From: Camelus dromedarius
Lineage: Eukaryota
Assembly: GCF_036321535.1 (NCBI RefSeq)
Contig: NC_087436.1
Span: 93,064,001-93,124,000, forward strand
Length of the DNA: 60,000 nucleotides
Direction: 5' to 3'
Shown: positions 39,032 through 52,987 of the stretch, piece by piece
How the letters are laid out: each line of letters begins with the position of its first letter
Position numbering within the stretch: position 1 is the first letter of the stretch
Notes under the pieces: model-generated
The model's database searches: none
What the model was told of the DNA's origin: nothing
What the model saw: the letters and a program-made list of their open reading frames with translations, nothing else
Made by a program: the position numbers and the translations under genes

Positions 39032-39819
39032 ATCAACCAGTCTAGCATTACAAAAGAACAAACTGGGTTTTGTAATTTAAAGTAATCCCCCACACAGAGA
39101 AATATTAATATACAATAGTATTTTTTGTTTTATGACGTTAATATATAAAAATACTGTCAGAACTACCAATTTTCAATATAGAAAAGACTGGCCAAAGTAC
39201 TGATTTATAGGTTGTCTCCCCAGATGGATTAGAGTATAGAAAACTGAGGCTGGGCAACAAATTTGCAGTTAAATATTGATGAGTGACGCTCTGGAGAACA
39301 CTGATGTTTCCAGTGACTAGAAGTAACCACAGAAACTGAGCCAAAGCCTTCCCAGCCCAACAATGAACAAAGAAGTGGACACATTTCATTAAATCTCAGA
39401 GGCCACCAGTGCGTTCAGTTGTACTATTTTAGACACTACTAAGAAAGAAAACACACTGCCTGTTAGACAGAGGGCACTCTTGACTGTAAGGGCTGTCCGG
39501 ATCCAGAGATGTTCAAATGCGGCCAGGGTGCCCCTTAGAATCAGTGCAGTAAGATCAATCTTGAAGTCCTTTAGACACATTGTACAATGTGATGGAGACC
39601 AAATCTGCCAGCACTGCTTCACTAAGGATTATTTTACTAGCACACCTCACTCTGGTAATGTCTTACTTACGCGTGACTAATGAGGAACTCCCACTGTCAA
39701 GAATGATCACGTTTCTGGATGCATTTCTATGTGGCTTAACATGCAAATACTGAACCCCAGGTGACCCAATTTATCTTCCCTTAAAATGATGCTTTAAAGG
39801 CTACATACTGTTGTTACTG

Positions 39820-40060
39820 TAGTCGCAGTCAGTATTCACTGCACTTGCCACGTGTCAGCACCGCTGGAGCTGGATTATCTTCCTCCGTCCTCAGAGCAAG
39901 CTTGTCAGGTCTGGACCAGTATGGCCCCCTTGATGCAGGTGAGGAAGCTGAGGTTCCAGAGGCTTAGTGACTTACCCAGAGCAACACTGCTAGCAGGCAG
40001 GGGAAGTGAGGTGACCTCAGTGCCCCATCATCTGGGCTTGGAGTCACATGCACTTCCAAG
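39820..40060 (-). mobile_element. MIR SINE
   Basis: caggtgaggaagctgaggttccagaggcttagtgacttaccca. Confidence 0.75.
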
Positions 40061-40676
40061 CTGTCCCCAGGTATTTAAAGGTTTTGAGCCATAAGCAGTC
40101 CAGAACCCGAAGAGTCCCAAGTTTACAGCTGAAATGATTTAAACTGTCTTTTCCACTCCCTTTCCTTCTAAAGCAGTCCACATCATCCTTTCCAGTCTAC
40201 CATTTATTATGCAAAAGATGAGAACTCTCTGGAGGCTCTCAGGACAATTTAGCTAAGTCTCCACTTCCCAGGGTGGCTTGAGACCAGACCAGCCCCAGCC
40301 ATCACCTCATCTCGGGACTTGCGATCCAGTCCAGGTTCTGAGGGGGCAAGTACCCAGCACAGTATCTGGCCCAGAGCAGACATACATATGTTAGGGAAAC
40401 AAATGTTAGATGCATTATGTATGGAATTTATACCCTCAAGCTTAGTTTAAGTGCGTGCTAGTCATCAAAATCAGGCTATTACTAGCAAAATATTCAGAAT
40501 AAATTAACAGAAAATGCAAGTTACAACACAATTTGAATAACATGAGCCAATTTAAAAAATATTTTATATACACTGAGAAAAAGAGAAGGATGCACTTTTT
40601 TTTTAAATCTTAATTTCTGAGTGGCTAAAATAATACGCAGTTTTAAACTTTCTTTATGGGCTTCTCTATATTCTGC

Positions 40677-40721
<45 letters not shown>

Positions 40722-40755
40722 ATATATATCGAGAGAGAGAGAGAGAGAGAGAGAG
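40677..40755. repeat. Compound microsatellite (TG)n-(TGTA/TA)n-(GA)n
   Basis: Read directly. Confidence 0.95.
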
Positions 40756-43700
40756 GGACTATATGCTGTCAAGGGAAGTCTCCCATCCAGTTTAATTTAC
40801 TTCTGTCTGGATCCTCCATCCTGAAGGCTTGTTACTGCTGTACTCACACCATTACTTCAAAGGAGGTGAGTTCAAAATTACAGTTTGAACCAATACTGAC
40901 AGACTCAGAGATTAGCCTGAAACAAACCCGCCTTGCTGGAAAATGTGCTCTCCGACCCCGACTTTCCTTTGGTTACAGCTGAACAGAGGAGAATGCTTTC
41001 CCTTCTCCTATTGGTAACACTGCCTCGAGAATGAAAACAAGTAAATAAAAACAGATCCCTGGAAGCAAATGAATGAGAGCACAGAAAGGTCTCAGTCCAG
41101 GAGCTGGCTCCCCTGGACTGACACCATCCAAACTGGCTCCAGTGCCAGGCTTAGCCCTGAGGCCACGGGTGGGAGGTGGCGGTTTCCTGGCTGAGAGGGA
41201 CACGGTCTAGCCACACGTCTAGCTGGCATCGGGCGGCTCATTTTAACTAGAGTCTTACTGGCGGACCCGCCCAGAGAACAAGTCTGTGGAATGAATTGGA
41301 AACATGAAGCGGGGGAGGAAGAACAGCGCTGAGACCTAGGGCTCACGGGGTCCGGCTTCTAGGACAGGGGAGCTGCGAGAACTTGGACTGATCGTTTAAG
41401 CTCTCCGGGTTGGAAGATGTAATGTCCTGAGCTACTACTATTCAGTGACTCTGAGTGATTTCCTGGCTCCAGTCTTGAAAACATATCTGGACACGGGCCT
41501 GGAAAATCGGTCTATTTCTGTTTTGGCATCATGACCCAAGTGCCCCGTATGTCATGCGAGTGCTTCCCCTTTCACTTTTGTATCACCAAACATCTGTTTT
41601 CACTGGACATGGACAACCAGCCTCTCCATGCCCTAAACTTTTCAAACCAACGATGTGTAAGTCTGATCCAGGTCAGATGGGCTAGGTTTTTTGTTTTTGT
41701 TTTTTATTGTTCCTGATGTTTACTTTCTTGAAGTCTGCAAATGCGTCTGTATCTAAATATGTTTAATGACTCGAAAAAAGCATTAAATCTAACGCTCTGG
41801 CAATTAATTCTGGATGGAGAAGAACAGTTTCTACAGAAATGCCTGTTGACATTTGCCATCTAAAAGGAATCTGCAGTTGGTCTCCGTCGTAAGGAAAACA
41901 GCACCTACTCAAATGCCTTCACCCTGCTCTCACTGCAGAATGAAATGTTTCAAGAAAGATCTGATTGTCTGTTTTCCTGGATCAGAAAACATTAGCAAAG
42001 TACCACCAAATTTTCAAGAGGAAGGGCTAGAGCTTTGCCAAGGTAGAAAAAACGTATGTATCTTGTTAATCGTTTGAGAAACACAGATAAGTCGTTTGGA
42101 TACCTCACAGCTGAATCTGGCCCGGGGTCTACGAGGGAGAATTGCCATAAATCTGGTGGGAAGGCGCCCCCCCAGTGGGGAGGGCGTGCAGGACATGGGT
42201 TGGGAAGAGCTGGCAAGAGGGAGCTGGTCACCAGACACAGAACAGAGTGACAGGTCAATGGGTGGGGGTCCTGGGGACCGAGATGGCAGAGGGAAGCCAG
42301 ACGTGGGGAAGAGTGAAACAGGAGAAGCAAAAAGAGCATCAGAAAGAAACATCTGAGCATCTGCAAGGGTCATCACCTTCTGGGAAAATCTGCTCACCTC
42401 TGCATGTTTCTGCTGGACAGAATTACTGCTGGACTGGCTGACAAGTTGAGTTGGAAGACAACAAGGAGTTCATCTCATTTGTTTGAAATTCACTTCTGTT
42501 TAAGATGGTAATTTTGACACCTTACTTTAATCTAAAAAACATTGCACCTGTCGCCCTTTCGGGCTTCTGAAAAATACATGGTAACTTTCTTTCTCCCGTT
42601 TATTGAATGACAATGTTAAGAATAACTTAAGGGCATCTCTGTGAGTCACCGTAACATCAGGCTAAGTGCTCTATACACATAAATTCTCACAATGGCCATC
42701 GGCTGCATATACAATTATTAGCTTTATTTTCAACGTAAGTCAAAGCTCAGGCAGGGACTGATCTTTGACCCAGTGCATGGAGTATTTCAGAATTTTAGGA
42801 AAGGGTCGTTTTCGGCATCATCAAGGCAAGAAGAGATTCAAATACAAACATAACTTGCAGTAGATCAAGAAAACATGGACTAGCTTTGAGGGAGACATAA
42901 AACATCTTTCAAAACATCTCACTAAACAGGATAAATTAGTCCTTAGATCAGAAGACTTTCTGAATTCTTTTCCAGTCCTGGATTCTAGGAGTCTAGTATT
43001 TGGGCTATGATATGATTTTCTTACAAAAGTTAATATTTTAAAATGCAAAATGTTTCCACTGGGAAACATCTGAGAGATAACTGTGAGGGGCCGTGGGAGC
43101 CCCCATCCCTCTGGTTGGAGTGCATGGCAGCCAGTCATCCTCATCCAATCCACACATCTCAGCCCTGTGAGCCCCTCTTGGGGTCCTCTTGTGGAGTCCT
43201 CGCTGCTGTCCATGCCTTTGTTTCTGCTAGTCCCAGCATGTGGAATAGCTCGCTTCCCTCTTGCCTTCCAATGCAAATCTCACAAGTTTCAAAATCCACC
43301 TCATGCAAAACCTTCCCAACTGGACAAAACTCTAAATGACGATCTTACCTGTTCTTGCCATCTTATGTCCCTCCAGTCTTCTGACCTTATCATCCAGCAC
43401 TTAATTAAATATTAGTTCATATACTTTTCTAGTTGTTTTATGAAAATTGTTTTCACAGCAAGTTTATGACTTTATCTATTTCAAAAGTTGAGCACACAGC
43501 AGGTCTCTCACTCATGCCTGTCAGTTAACAGGCAACCTTTGGCAAGGTCATTGCTATCACGACCTCATTATCTCAGAGGTGATACAACTGAAGATGATCT
43601 GTTGGTATCAATAGATAGAGCCAGAGTATTAAAAACTGAATAACACGCTAAGCTTAATTTAGGATCTATTTCTAAAGTAAGAGTCCATGGTCCCAAAGGT

Positions 43701-46593
43701 TTCAGATTAGGACAATGAGGGAGAAGAAAACTGAAGAGATGACGAAACGTCGTACAACAGGGGTGGTGAGGACCCAAGAGGCTAACGTCCAACCTCGCCC
43801 CATCGCCCACTGGAGTCTCGCAGCCACCCTCCCCACTGCTCTGCCTCTTGATCTGAATTAATGCTCCTGCCTACGGGCGCTATGCCCTTTGAACAGTTCC
43901 AACTTGCCCTGAAGGAACTGTGACATTTTAGTGGTGGGTGAGGTTACTCCTCTGTAAAAAGTTTATCTGTTGGGAATGCAGTTTTTGGAAGAAAGACACT
44001 ATTTAAAAAGAAGAACACTATTCCTTTGACAGCCCCACAGAGTGGGACAAATGAATTAGAAACAGCAAATCAAGTCCCCAGCTGGTATCAAGCCTTGGGA
44101 GGCTGTCAAGTGCAGCCTCCTGTTTAAAGCTGGTCCCCATATTTTGCCATGACCAATGAATTCCACCGTTTCAATGGGAATATAACAGCTGTAACACCAT
44201 CAAGAAATGCTTTCCTTGGAATACGGACAAGGAGGTAAAATGAGGAGTGGGTTTACTGGAGAAGAGATTCTTTTAACATGCCTCTTGGGGTAACATACTC
44301 TGAATGGAAAACTTCTGGTGTCATAAGTTGTAAGCGAGTATGAAGAGTGCTTTAGAAACAAGCCAAAATTTCATGTAGTACAGCTCACAACTTGGCTTGT
44401 AGTCTACCAGATCCATGCAGGTAGGTATCTACCCAGAAAATGATGTAACAGCCCCTGCCACAGTTAATTCAAGAGCCTAAAGGAAGAGACGCAGAGTAAA
44501 TAAATGCTACGACCTCTTCAGAACCACTAGGGTTAATTGAACTAGAAGTTACTCCAAACGAGGGAGATTTTTTTTCCCCCAGAGGAACAGACTTCCAGGG
44601 TCTCTATGAGTTTAGACCTGCATCCTGAGGCTGCCCAGGATCAGGACGGTTTCCATAAAAAAAAAGTCCGCAAGGCCACCTTTTGCTGGGGGTTTTCCTT
44701 ATCAAACTGTATCACTTTTGAAGTAACGGGATTTCTTTCAGATCATCTAATTTTGCTTCTTTTGAAGCAAGACACTTTTGGGGCTATGTAATCAAAGTGA
44801 CATCTTTCAATCCATCTTCTCTTTGCCACCAGAGAGTGTAGCAGTACAACCACTATGCAAGTGGGAAACGCCTGGCATTAAAAGAGAACAGGCTGTTTTC
44901 TTTTTATGTTGTTCATTGTAAAAATAAGGAAATTAGTAATTATTGAGAAGAAGTACATCTTTATGGGAGGTTTAGTTAAACCTAAAAGCAAACAAGGCCC
45001 CTTTTCTTGTGTTTAGGATTCCATACATGATGGGTAAAGCTTTTCTCCCCAAAGGGTTAGAAGTTTTGAACAAGAGAGGTTAAATAGTTGGTGTAGGAAG
45101 TTCAGATCTTACACCATCTGGTCTCTTCATTTATTCCCTTAATTTCTGTTTGGAAAAAAATCTGTCTAGCCAATGGCAGGGTTCCCCCCAAACTCAAACA
45201 ACAAAATGGTCCGAGGGCAGAAGTATAAGTAGAGAGAACACATGTGCCCGATGGCAGAGCCCTTAGCATCCGTCCTATAATTAATCTATGGGGTCTGACT
45301 CAGCCCTGTGGACCTCTGTTATGGGACGAGTGTGGCACCTGCACTGTCATTCCTCCAAAGCACAGCAGCAAAGGGCTTTGCTTGACAGCATGTGCAAAGG
45401 GCCTGTGAACTGGTAGACAGAGTACCAACTTGAGTCATGGAAAGGTATTTATGAAGGAACTTAGGAAACGCTCATCATTAAGTGTGACACAAGAGAAATT
45501 AAAACAGAATTACTAACGGTCCCAGAAAAGCAATTCCACCACTATAATGTCTAACTACTTCTCACTTAAATTTAAGAGCGTGAGTTCATGTTGACTCTAA
45601 GTTCCCATGCTACTAGCAGAAGTCAATATTCCATCCCATGATAATCTGGAAGAACTCTTCAGAGGTGGTAACATTTATGCAAATGAAAAGCAGAATTAAA
45701 TCCCAGGTTGAGAGATTCAGCCTTTGCCTGGGTCACAAAACTTTGTTCCTGGAGACCAGCAAACAGGTCACCATGGGGAGGAAGTTATTTTGGTCTATTC
45801 CAATTCGAATCTTTCTAGGGCTTGAGAGCTGCAGGAATGACATCCTCTCAGCTCCTCTGAGAAAACATATTTTATTCTTCAAAAGACACATCCCGGTGAT
45901 AAGAAAAACAGTATCTAGTCCTCTGGGTGGGATTAGCTAGCTGGGTCATCCAACTTAGCCCTGGAGCTGGAAGACAAGTTTCCCTCTGGACCGAACCCTT
46001 CTAGGAGCTGGCGAAAATCTTGACAGTTTTCCCCACCCTTTATAATTCCAGCCCAAAGGCTATAAATTAAAACTGCAGAAATCAGCCTCTGGTGAAGACA
46101 AATGAAGTTGAACAGAGTCCAGCTTCTACCCAGAAAGCCGGGCTGCACCTGTGGTGGTGACAGTCTGGGTTTGATCTGCAAAACCAGCATGAACCCCAGT
46201 GAGAGACCTAAGAAAAAGTGTAATCTCCATAGAGGCAAACATAATGTTATTTTGAATCCTCTCTTCCACTATTCTTGAATTACCCTACATTTTTCAGCTT
46301 GGCCATTCAACAGTGCTCCCAATTACTCTGGATTTTAGGGGCAAAGCTAATACAAACTTAATTTGATTCTTAATGAGTTTTTTTAAACTAATAAGAAAGA
46401 TACCCTTCTACACATATGGTCAGGATCTCACGGCATCAGTTATTTTCAAATTGTTCTAACAAGTCTAACGGGGTCCTGAATACATGGAAAATGAATTCAG
46501 AGATTCATTCATTTCTCTGTAACACTAGAGGGCAATCACGTGGAGACAAGAAAGAGTTTTTTATCCATAGTTGATGTTACTGTTATACTTCTC

Positions 46594-47063
46594 TGTTTAG
46601 GCTGAACTGTGTCCTCCCCTAAATTTATATGTTGCAGTCCTAACCTCTAACACTTCGGAATGCGGACTTATCTGGAAATAGGATTTTTGCAGATGTAATT
46701 AAGTTAAGTTAGGGTGAGGCCATACTGCGGCAGGGTGGGCCCCTAATCCACTGTGACTGTGTCCTTGTGAGAAGAGGCGATCTGGACACACAGACAACAC
46801 CCAGGGAGAGTGTCCTGTGCAGACGAAGGCAAGGCTGGGGCAGTGCATCTCCAAGGCACGGAAGGCCAGGGATGGCCAGCAAACCACCAGAAGCTGGGAG
46901 AGGAGCGCGGAGCAGATTCTCCCTCACTGACAACAGAAGGAACCAACCCTGACCACACCTTGACTTTGGACTTCCAGCCAGCAGGACTATGAGACAATTA
47001 CTTCTGTCTCTTCAGCCACTCAGTTGTGGCACTTTGTCACGGCAGCTCTAGAAAACTAATATA
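46594..47063 (+). mobile_element. MLT1C-type MaLR solo LTR
   Basis: ggctgaactgtgtcc...aaaccaccagaagctgggagag...gcagctctagaaaactaata. Confidence 0.9.
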
Positions 47064-47167
47064 CCCACCAAGAAAGAGACGGTCATGATCAGGACCTATT
47101 CACTTTCCTAAATAGATTCTTTCACATGGGAATTATCCCAAATAGGGAAAAATAGTTTGCTTCTTAC

Positions 47168-47386
47168 CGTCAATTCTTGGGGAACAGAACTTGGCTTCTT
47201 TATGTTGATCTCAATGCCACTGTTGTCTTGTTTCAGCTCCACGGGGGACCCATGCACTCTGGCCACACCTTCAAACATCTGGGATTTGGTCAACGAGGGG
47301 GCGGGTGCCACTGTGGGACCCTCTCTTTCCTTCTCCTCCTCATCACCAGGAACCGTCTCTCCGTTCATGCTGACTTTCCCATCTAC
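47168..47386 (-). CDS. LIMCH1: LIMCH1 exon [10 protein letters not shown]...SVPQELT (219 nt)
   Basis: tatag acceptor, gtaaga donor; 73 codons. Confidence 0.96.
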
Positions 47387-48084
47387 CTATAAAAACCGGA
47401 ATGAACAAAAATATGCTATTCCCCAACGAAAGGCTATAACAAAATAACACATTCAGAATCACCTTACATCATTATCACTTAATAATCATAGTCCATCAAA
47501 GAATAAGGTCTCTTATACGTCAGTTTTAGAAATCAGGGCCCCTCTAAACGCCATCCTTGAGGGCTTCTTTAGAAGCTGGTCTGCCTTTTCAGGCGGCTTC
47601 ACCTTACTCACCTGACCGAGGGTCTGCTTTTACTCTGAAGTATAGAAAGTCAGGGGATCTTAAGTATAAATACATGTCATGTATTTGGGTTCTACTAATT
47701 TTTCATCTACATTCTGACTGCTATTCCACAATTTTGAGATTTTCTTTCTGATTAGCCTACAAAGTAGGTGGAACTCATCTCAGATCAGGTTACAGTTACA
47801 GGTTATCCTGTCGTGGTCGGGGCAATGGGAACTGTTCTGAAGCTATCACAGAGGGCAGGGAACCTGCCGCTATGCTATGTTACAGCAAATCCCTAGTTCC
47901 TGTTAATTTGACAATCGTGGTTTTTTCAAGAAAAAAAGGCCACACACATTAAAATATTTCTGTTTTGCACCCTCATCTAGGAAGGGTGCTGGGAGCAGGA
48001 AAGGAGCAGTGAGGGTGGTTAGTCTGACTCATCGAGAGGCATCTAGACGTCTCTGTCCTAAAGCCCGACCATACGCCGAGCGGT

Positions 48085-48315
48085 TACGAGAGGACACTCT
48101 GCGGGCAGATGGTCTAAGACCGAGTTCCTGGGTCCAGCCGAGGCCAGTTGTAGCTCAGCCACTTGACACCGCACACTCTTCAACCTCGGTTTCCTCATCT
48201 TGACAATGATAGCAGCATCGCCCTAATAGTGCAGTTACGTGATTTTATGGATTAATATATGTACAGAATTTAGAACAGCATCTGGCACATTTTAAGTACA
48301 TAAATATTAGCTATT
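48085..48315 (+). mobile_element. MIR SINE
   Basis: cctcggtttcctcatct...ttagaacagcatctggcacat. Confidence 0.75.
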
Positions 48316-48389
48316 CTAAGTATTAAATCTTCTAAAATCTTTTAAAAAGAATAACAGAAGGCCAGATATTACAGTTTAGCTACCTCAAG

Positions 48390-48648
48390 TCAGTGGCTTG
48401 TTTAGTCTATGGCCTGTGATCCATAAAATTTAAATCACCACTGAGTGCACACACATAAATATAACAGAAACAGGAGTTTTGCAAAAATAATATTTACCTT
48501 TATTATGTAAATACTAGGCTATACTAGGCTGGTTTTTTTAAATGTATGCTGTTCTACTTCATTTTTTAAAAAAAAGAACGCTGATTCCAAATCACTAAGT
48601 TGATTCATAACCTAGCAATAGGTGGCAACTCTCGGTTTGAAAACACTA
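48390..48648. mobile_element. hAT-Charlie-type DNA transposon remnant
   Basis: cagtgg...gtttgaaaacact terminal motifs. Confidence 0.5.
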
Positions 48649-50491
48649 CCTTAAACCGTTTCACTTGCTCTTCCTTTACTCTTAAATCTGTTTTACTAAG
48701 AAACTGAGCCTGTATTCCCTGCCTCCCATGCCCTCCTCCTCCCCACAAGAAAACACACACACACACACTCCCCTTAGCTTCAGTCCCGGAGTTACTGTGC
48801 CAACAACTGTTCCATTTACACGTTACCTTTGACCGCTAGCGGGTCCGCCCACTCAGTGGTGGGGCTGTGAGGCGGGCTGACAGCCGTCAAGACCTATCAC
48901 GTGTTGAGGGCTCACTGGTGAACCCCAGCTCTAGAAGGATCTCTACCCAAGTTCCTCAACCCAGCTCTCCATGAACGCTCTTCCTGAGGCCGCTACACTG
49001 TCTTGCCGTGAGGGCAAGGGACTGGGTTTTCTCAGGGCCAAAGTCTCGCTATGAAGTCATCTGTCCTAATTCTTCTGCGTCAAGGATCACATTGTACAGT
49101 TTTGTAAAGGAAAGGAGTGGACATCCAGGTTAACCAATCAGATGCCTCGGATATCAAGCAAGGTAAATGGATTGCCTACTCCTGTTCTGGGCCACCTCCA
49201 CATCTAATCTGCTTTCACGAACTGTCACAGGTGGCTCAGCGCCGTCGGCCCAGGTGAAGGAGGGCTTCTGAGCACACACGATCACATGCATAACTGTGTG
49301 TGCGTGGGTCTGCGTGACAAGGGACTCATCTTCTCAGGAAAAACTAGTGCATTTAGTCAACAGACACTTGCTGAGCGCCTGGGCACCCGCACCAGGCTCT
49401 CAGGATAAATTCCCGGACAACAAAGACATAGCCCCTGCCCCTCAAGGGACAGACATTCTAACTGAACCCAGATGAGACAGCCAGGACACTTTCCTTTTGT
49501 TCTATCAAAGCCTAAGGCACAGATTTTTAAGATACATTTAAAGTGACTTAAGCAAAAGTCAAAATGTGTGGTTTGCGTCCCTCTGAAGTTCAACAGGAAG
49601 ATACAGGACATCACACGTCTCGATTCGTTTAGTTTAGCAAACTTTCTTCACAGTCACATGTCCGTGTCTGCCACTGATGAATTCCACCTCTGTCTTCTAT
49701 TAGGGACCCATATGGTGTGCAGGGACGAGGAGAAATGATTTTTCTTTGTAGTCAACATAGCTTAAGACAAAGGATGAGTGCTTCCTCCTTATGTGAGAGA
49801 AAAGACTAGGATTTGAGGAAGTAAAAAGATGTTTGGCTGTCATAGATTCTTTGGTTCTGGAACATTATTTTACACATTGGCCAAAAAAAAAAAAAGAAAA
49901 AAAACCACCAAAAACCCCCCCAAAACCACCAATGTAGTTTCTTTACACTTAAAAAAATTTAAAAGTCTGTCTCATCTGAGGACCAAGGACATCCCATGTG
50001 TTCCTTGTATCATTTTTCAAATTGTAGCATCTTTTTGGCTATGATGTCAGCTTCTTCCTAAAAGAGAGGTAGCTGTATATATTTCTATTTAAGCTGAAGG
50101 CAATTAAAATTTTGTTTTGAGGAACCTGCAAATAGCTCTAGATAGCTGCACATACCTATGGTGTTACTAAACTAGGGTTTGTTACCACTACTAGGGAGAC
50201 CATGCCATCATATCAAAGCATGAAATAGACCATGAACTAGACCGTGCTCAACCACCAATGAGATGACTCAACCACCAGTCTTGTCGGAGTTCACCAGTAT
50301 TAACAACAGGAATGGAGGGCAGTCATCTATCCCCCCCAAATCTCAGAGACACGTAAACTTCACAACTGTACATGTGAACACATTTTGCTTTCATTTGATA
50401 AAAACAATGGCATCTTCTTGAGGCAAGATGCTTCTTTCCATCGACTACCTGGAGTTCAGTTCTGGTTCTACCCTTAAGGGACTCATCCTAC

Positions 50492-50900
50492 CTTGAAGGT
50501 CTTCAGAACCTCTTGAGAGCTTTTGGGCTGGGAGTAAGGCTTGGGTGTCAGCATAGGCACTGCTTTGGGAGTGACAGTTCTGCTCGGAGACCCACTGCCC
50601 GCTGACGTGCTGGCCTCCGGAGCGCTGGGGCGCGCGATGGTGGTCTCCACAGTGGCAGTGTATTTGGGTGGAGGCAGTGACTGTTGGCGCAGGTATTTCA
50701 TGGGGTTGGGGTCGTTCAGGAAGGAGGATAAGTTTGGCTCTGTCGAATGGCTTCTTTCCAGAATTTTTGGCATCTCCAAGCGTTCAAGAACAGCCTCGCT
50801 GATGGTGAACCTCTCGATGTACTGCTGAAGGATCCCTTCTGCCTCCTCCTGGGACCGTGCATTCTGATATGCCTCATGCAGCTCCCTCTCTCTCCGCTCT
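50492..50900 (-). CDS. LIMCH1: LIMCH1 exon [11 protein letters not shown]...QEVLKTFK (409 nt)
   Basis: tttag acceptor, gtagga donor; within ORF 50483..50941. Confidence 0.97.
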
Positions 50901-51101
50901 CTAAAGGATGGGCCCGGGAGGGGAAGCAAGAACAAAGTCAACGGTCACAGAGACGGCAAAGGAGACCTTGGCAGGAACCAAGGCAGAGCCGAAGGGACTG
51001 AACAGGGGGTATAATATTGGTGTCAGAGCCAACAATTTTTAGAAAAAGCGCATCTAGATAATACTGTACATCAGACAATGACAATAACAGAAAGAACCCA
51101 C

Positions 51102-51259
51102 TTTTCTTGGACAATTTCTCTGTAGGTTTTGATGCTTTTCCTTCGTTCACTCATCCTATCCTCTCCAGCCAGTAACTTCTCCATTTTTTTCCTTTCTTCC
51201 TCTTTCTTGATTAAGTCCTGAGAAGCGCTTCTTCTGCGGCTCTTCCAACGAGCCAGGTC
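51102..51259 (-). CDS. LIMCH1: LIMCH1 exon [11 protein letters not shown]...YREIVQE(K) (158 nt; DUF4757-type region)
   Basis: cgcag acceptor, gtgggt donor; within ORF 51071..51289. Confidence 0.96.
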
Positions 51260-51779
51260 CTGCGGGGGTGGGGGAGGGAGACAGAACATTCTCCTTCAGG
51301 CTCCCTCATCATTTCTCCTCTTCAGAGTTAAGTAAGCCCTGACTACCGTCCAGGCTGGGGCACTCCCACAGCCCAGTGTAAGGCCGGTGGGAACAGGAAT
51401 ACCCTGAAGGCAGGAAACCTTCAGCTCCACCTACATTATCCACAACAGGTCAGTACATTTATTTAAACATGGAATGTAAAATCCGAGATCGTATTCCATG
51501 TCGGTCACCAAATTTTCAAGTAATGCCTCACTGGGTATTGTAAGAAACTTCATTTCTTGCTATTTATGACGTCTGTGTTGTGAATGAGCTTGCTAAGGAC
51601 AGAATGGTAGGGCTTAACCGCAGACCTATCTAATTCCCTCAGGGAAGGAGGAAAAGGCAGGGAAAAAATGGGCTTTGGGGTTTTACAGAATGTACGATTC
51701 TATACATATTAAGTCACCTGATCCTTACTGCAAGCTCACCACAAATTCTACCGGCTGTTACAGCATAATGACAAAAGTT

Positions 51780-51990
51780 AGGATTCTGGAGTCAGATGGG
51801 TGGGGCTGCGGCTGAGGGAAATAAGCGTAGCTCTGCCTCTTCCCCGCTCTGGAATCTCAGGCACGTTCTCTCACTGCTCTGTGCCCCAGTGTCCTCAACT
51901 CTAAAGCAGAGATGATAATAATACCTACTCTTGCAAGCCTGTCGTGAGGGTTAAATGAGGCAGCGCACATTAGGTGTCAGGCTCAGTAGA
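51780..51990 (+). mobile_element. MIR SINE
   Basis: ggattctggagtcaga...ataataatacctac...gtgagggttaaatgag. Confidence 0.8.
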
Positions 51991-52219
51991 CTGTAGACAA
52001 TTACTACCACGTGTTGTCGACTTTGGAGAAGTTAACCTTGACTAAAAGTGGAGTCAAATGTGCAGTAGCTACCTCAGAGTGCTCTGTGAGGACGCAAGGA
52101 AATAATCCACTCTCCTGCCCCTCAGCCCATTTTCAAGCTCTGTCCCTGGCCAGGCTCTTTGCTCTTAGCACATAGACAAACCCAAGGCCCCCATCAGGCC
52201 CTGGAGGCTTCCTTCCCTG

Positions 52220-52405
52220 GTTATAATCCTGGCTCTCTCACTCAATAGCTGTGTGACTTTGGACAAGTTACTCAGCTCTTCTGGGCCTTATCTGTGGAAC
52301 TGAGAATGACAGTTCCTAGTTCACTGAGTTACTAAGAGATTAAAGAATCCCTTAGAAGAGTACCTGTGACTGGTACGCTTTCAATGTTTGCAATTACTGT
52401 TGTTA
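52220..52405 (+). mobile_element. MIR SINE
   Basis: tagctgtgtgactttggacaagttact. Confidence 0.75.
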
Positions 52406-52464
52406 TCATCATCGTTATCAGTTTCAAATATAGAATCTCAAAAGACAGTGCATCCTTAATTCTG

Positions 52465-52601
52465 TTTTTTTTTCTTTTTTTGAGGTGGTAGGGGACACAA
52501 TTGAGTTTATTTATTTATTTTTAATGGACATACTGGGGATTGAACCCAGGACCTCGTGCATGCTAAGTACGCACTCTACCACTGAGCTATCTCCTCCCTC
52601 T
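52465..52601 (-). mobile_element. tRNA-derived camelid-type SINE with 18-bp TSD
   Basis: Reverse strand atagctcagtggtagagtgcgtacttagcatgcacgaggtcctgggttcaatcccc; TSD AGTGCATCCTTAATTCTG at 52447-52464 and 52602-52619. Confidence 0.93.
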
Positions 52602-52860
52602 AGTGCATCCTTAATTCTGCATCCCACCCACATGCCTCCCTTCTGCTCCCCTCTTCTTTGTGGTCAAACTTCAAGCAAGGGTACTTTCTTTAATCCCCAT
52701 ATTCACTTTGTCACTGTTTGAACTCCTCTAGGGGCCCCCTTCCTCTGCCTGGCTTTCAAGTTCAAGTCTGCCCACCCCACCTGCTTTTCTGCTCCAAAGG
52801 GCCTCTAGCCCCTCAGTTGGAGGGGTCTCCCCACTGCCCACCACCTTGGCCCGCACTCAC

Positions 52861-52987
52861 ATCTTGCCATTTGTCATCCTCTTCCCGCAGCTGGTTATTT
52901 ATCAGCTGCAGCTGCTCCTGGCGGGCCCTGCTGTGCGGCTGCACCGCGGCCTCCTCCTCACACCGCATGTCAAACATACTCGTGCTC
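52861..52987 (-). CDS. LIMCH1: LIMCH1 exon [12 protein letters not shown]...REEDDKWQD (127 nt)
   Basis: Pyrimidine tract + ctcag acceptor, gtgagt donor, in frame with neighbours. Confidence 0.96.

Noticed and set aside
48820..49090. CpG-containing intronic stretch ending in a strong minus-strand donor (aaag|gtaacg)
   Set aside because: No convincing acceptor or in-phase open frame could be paired with it.
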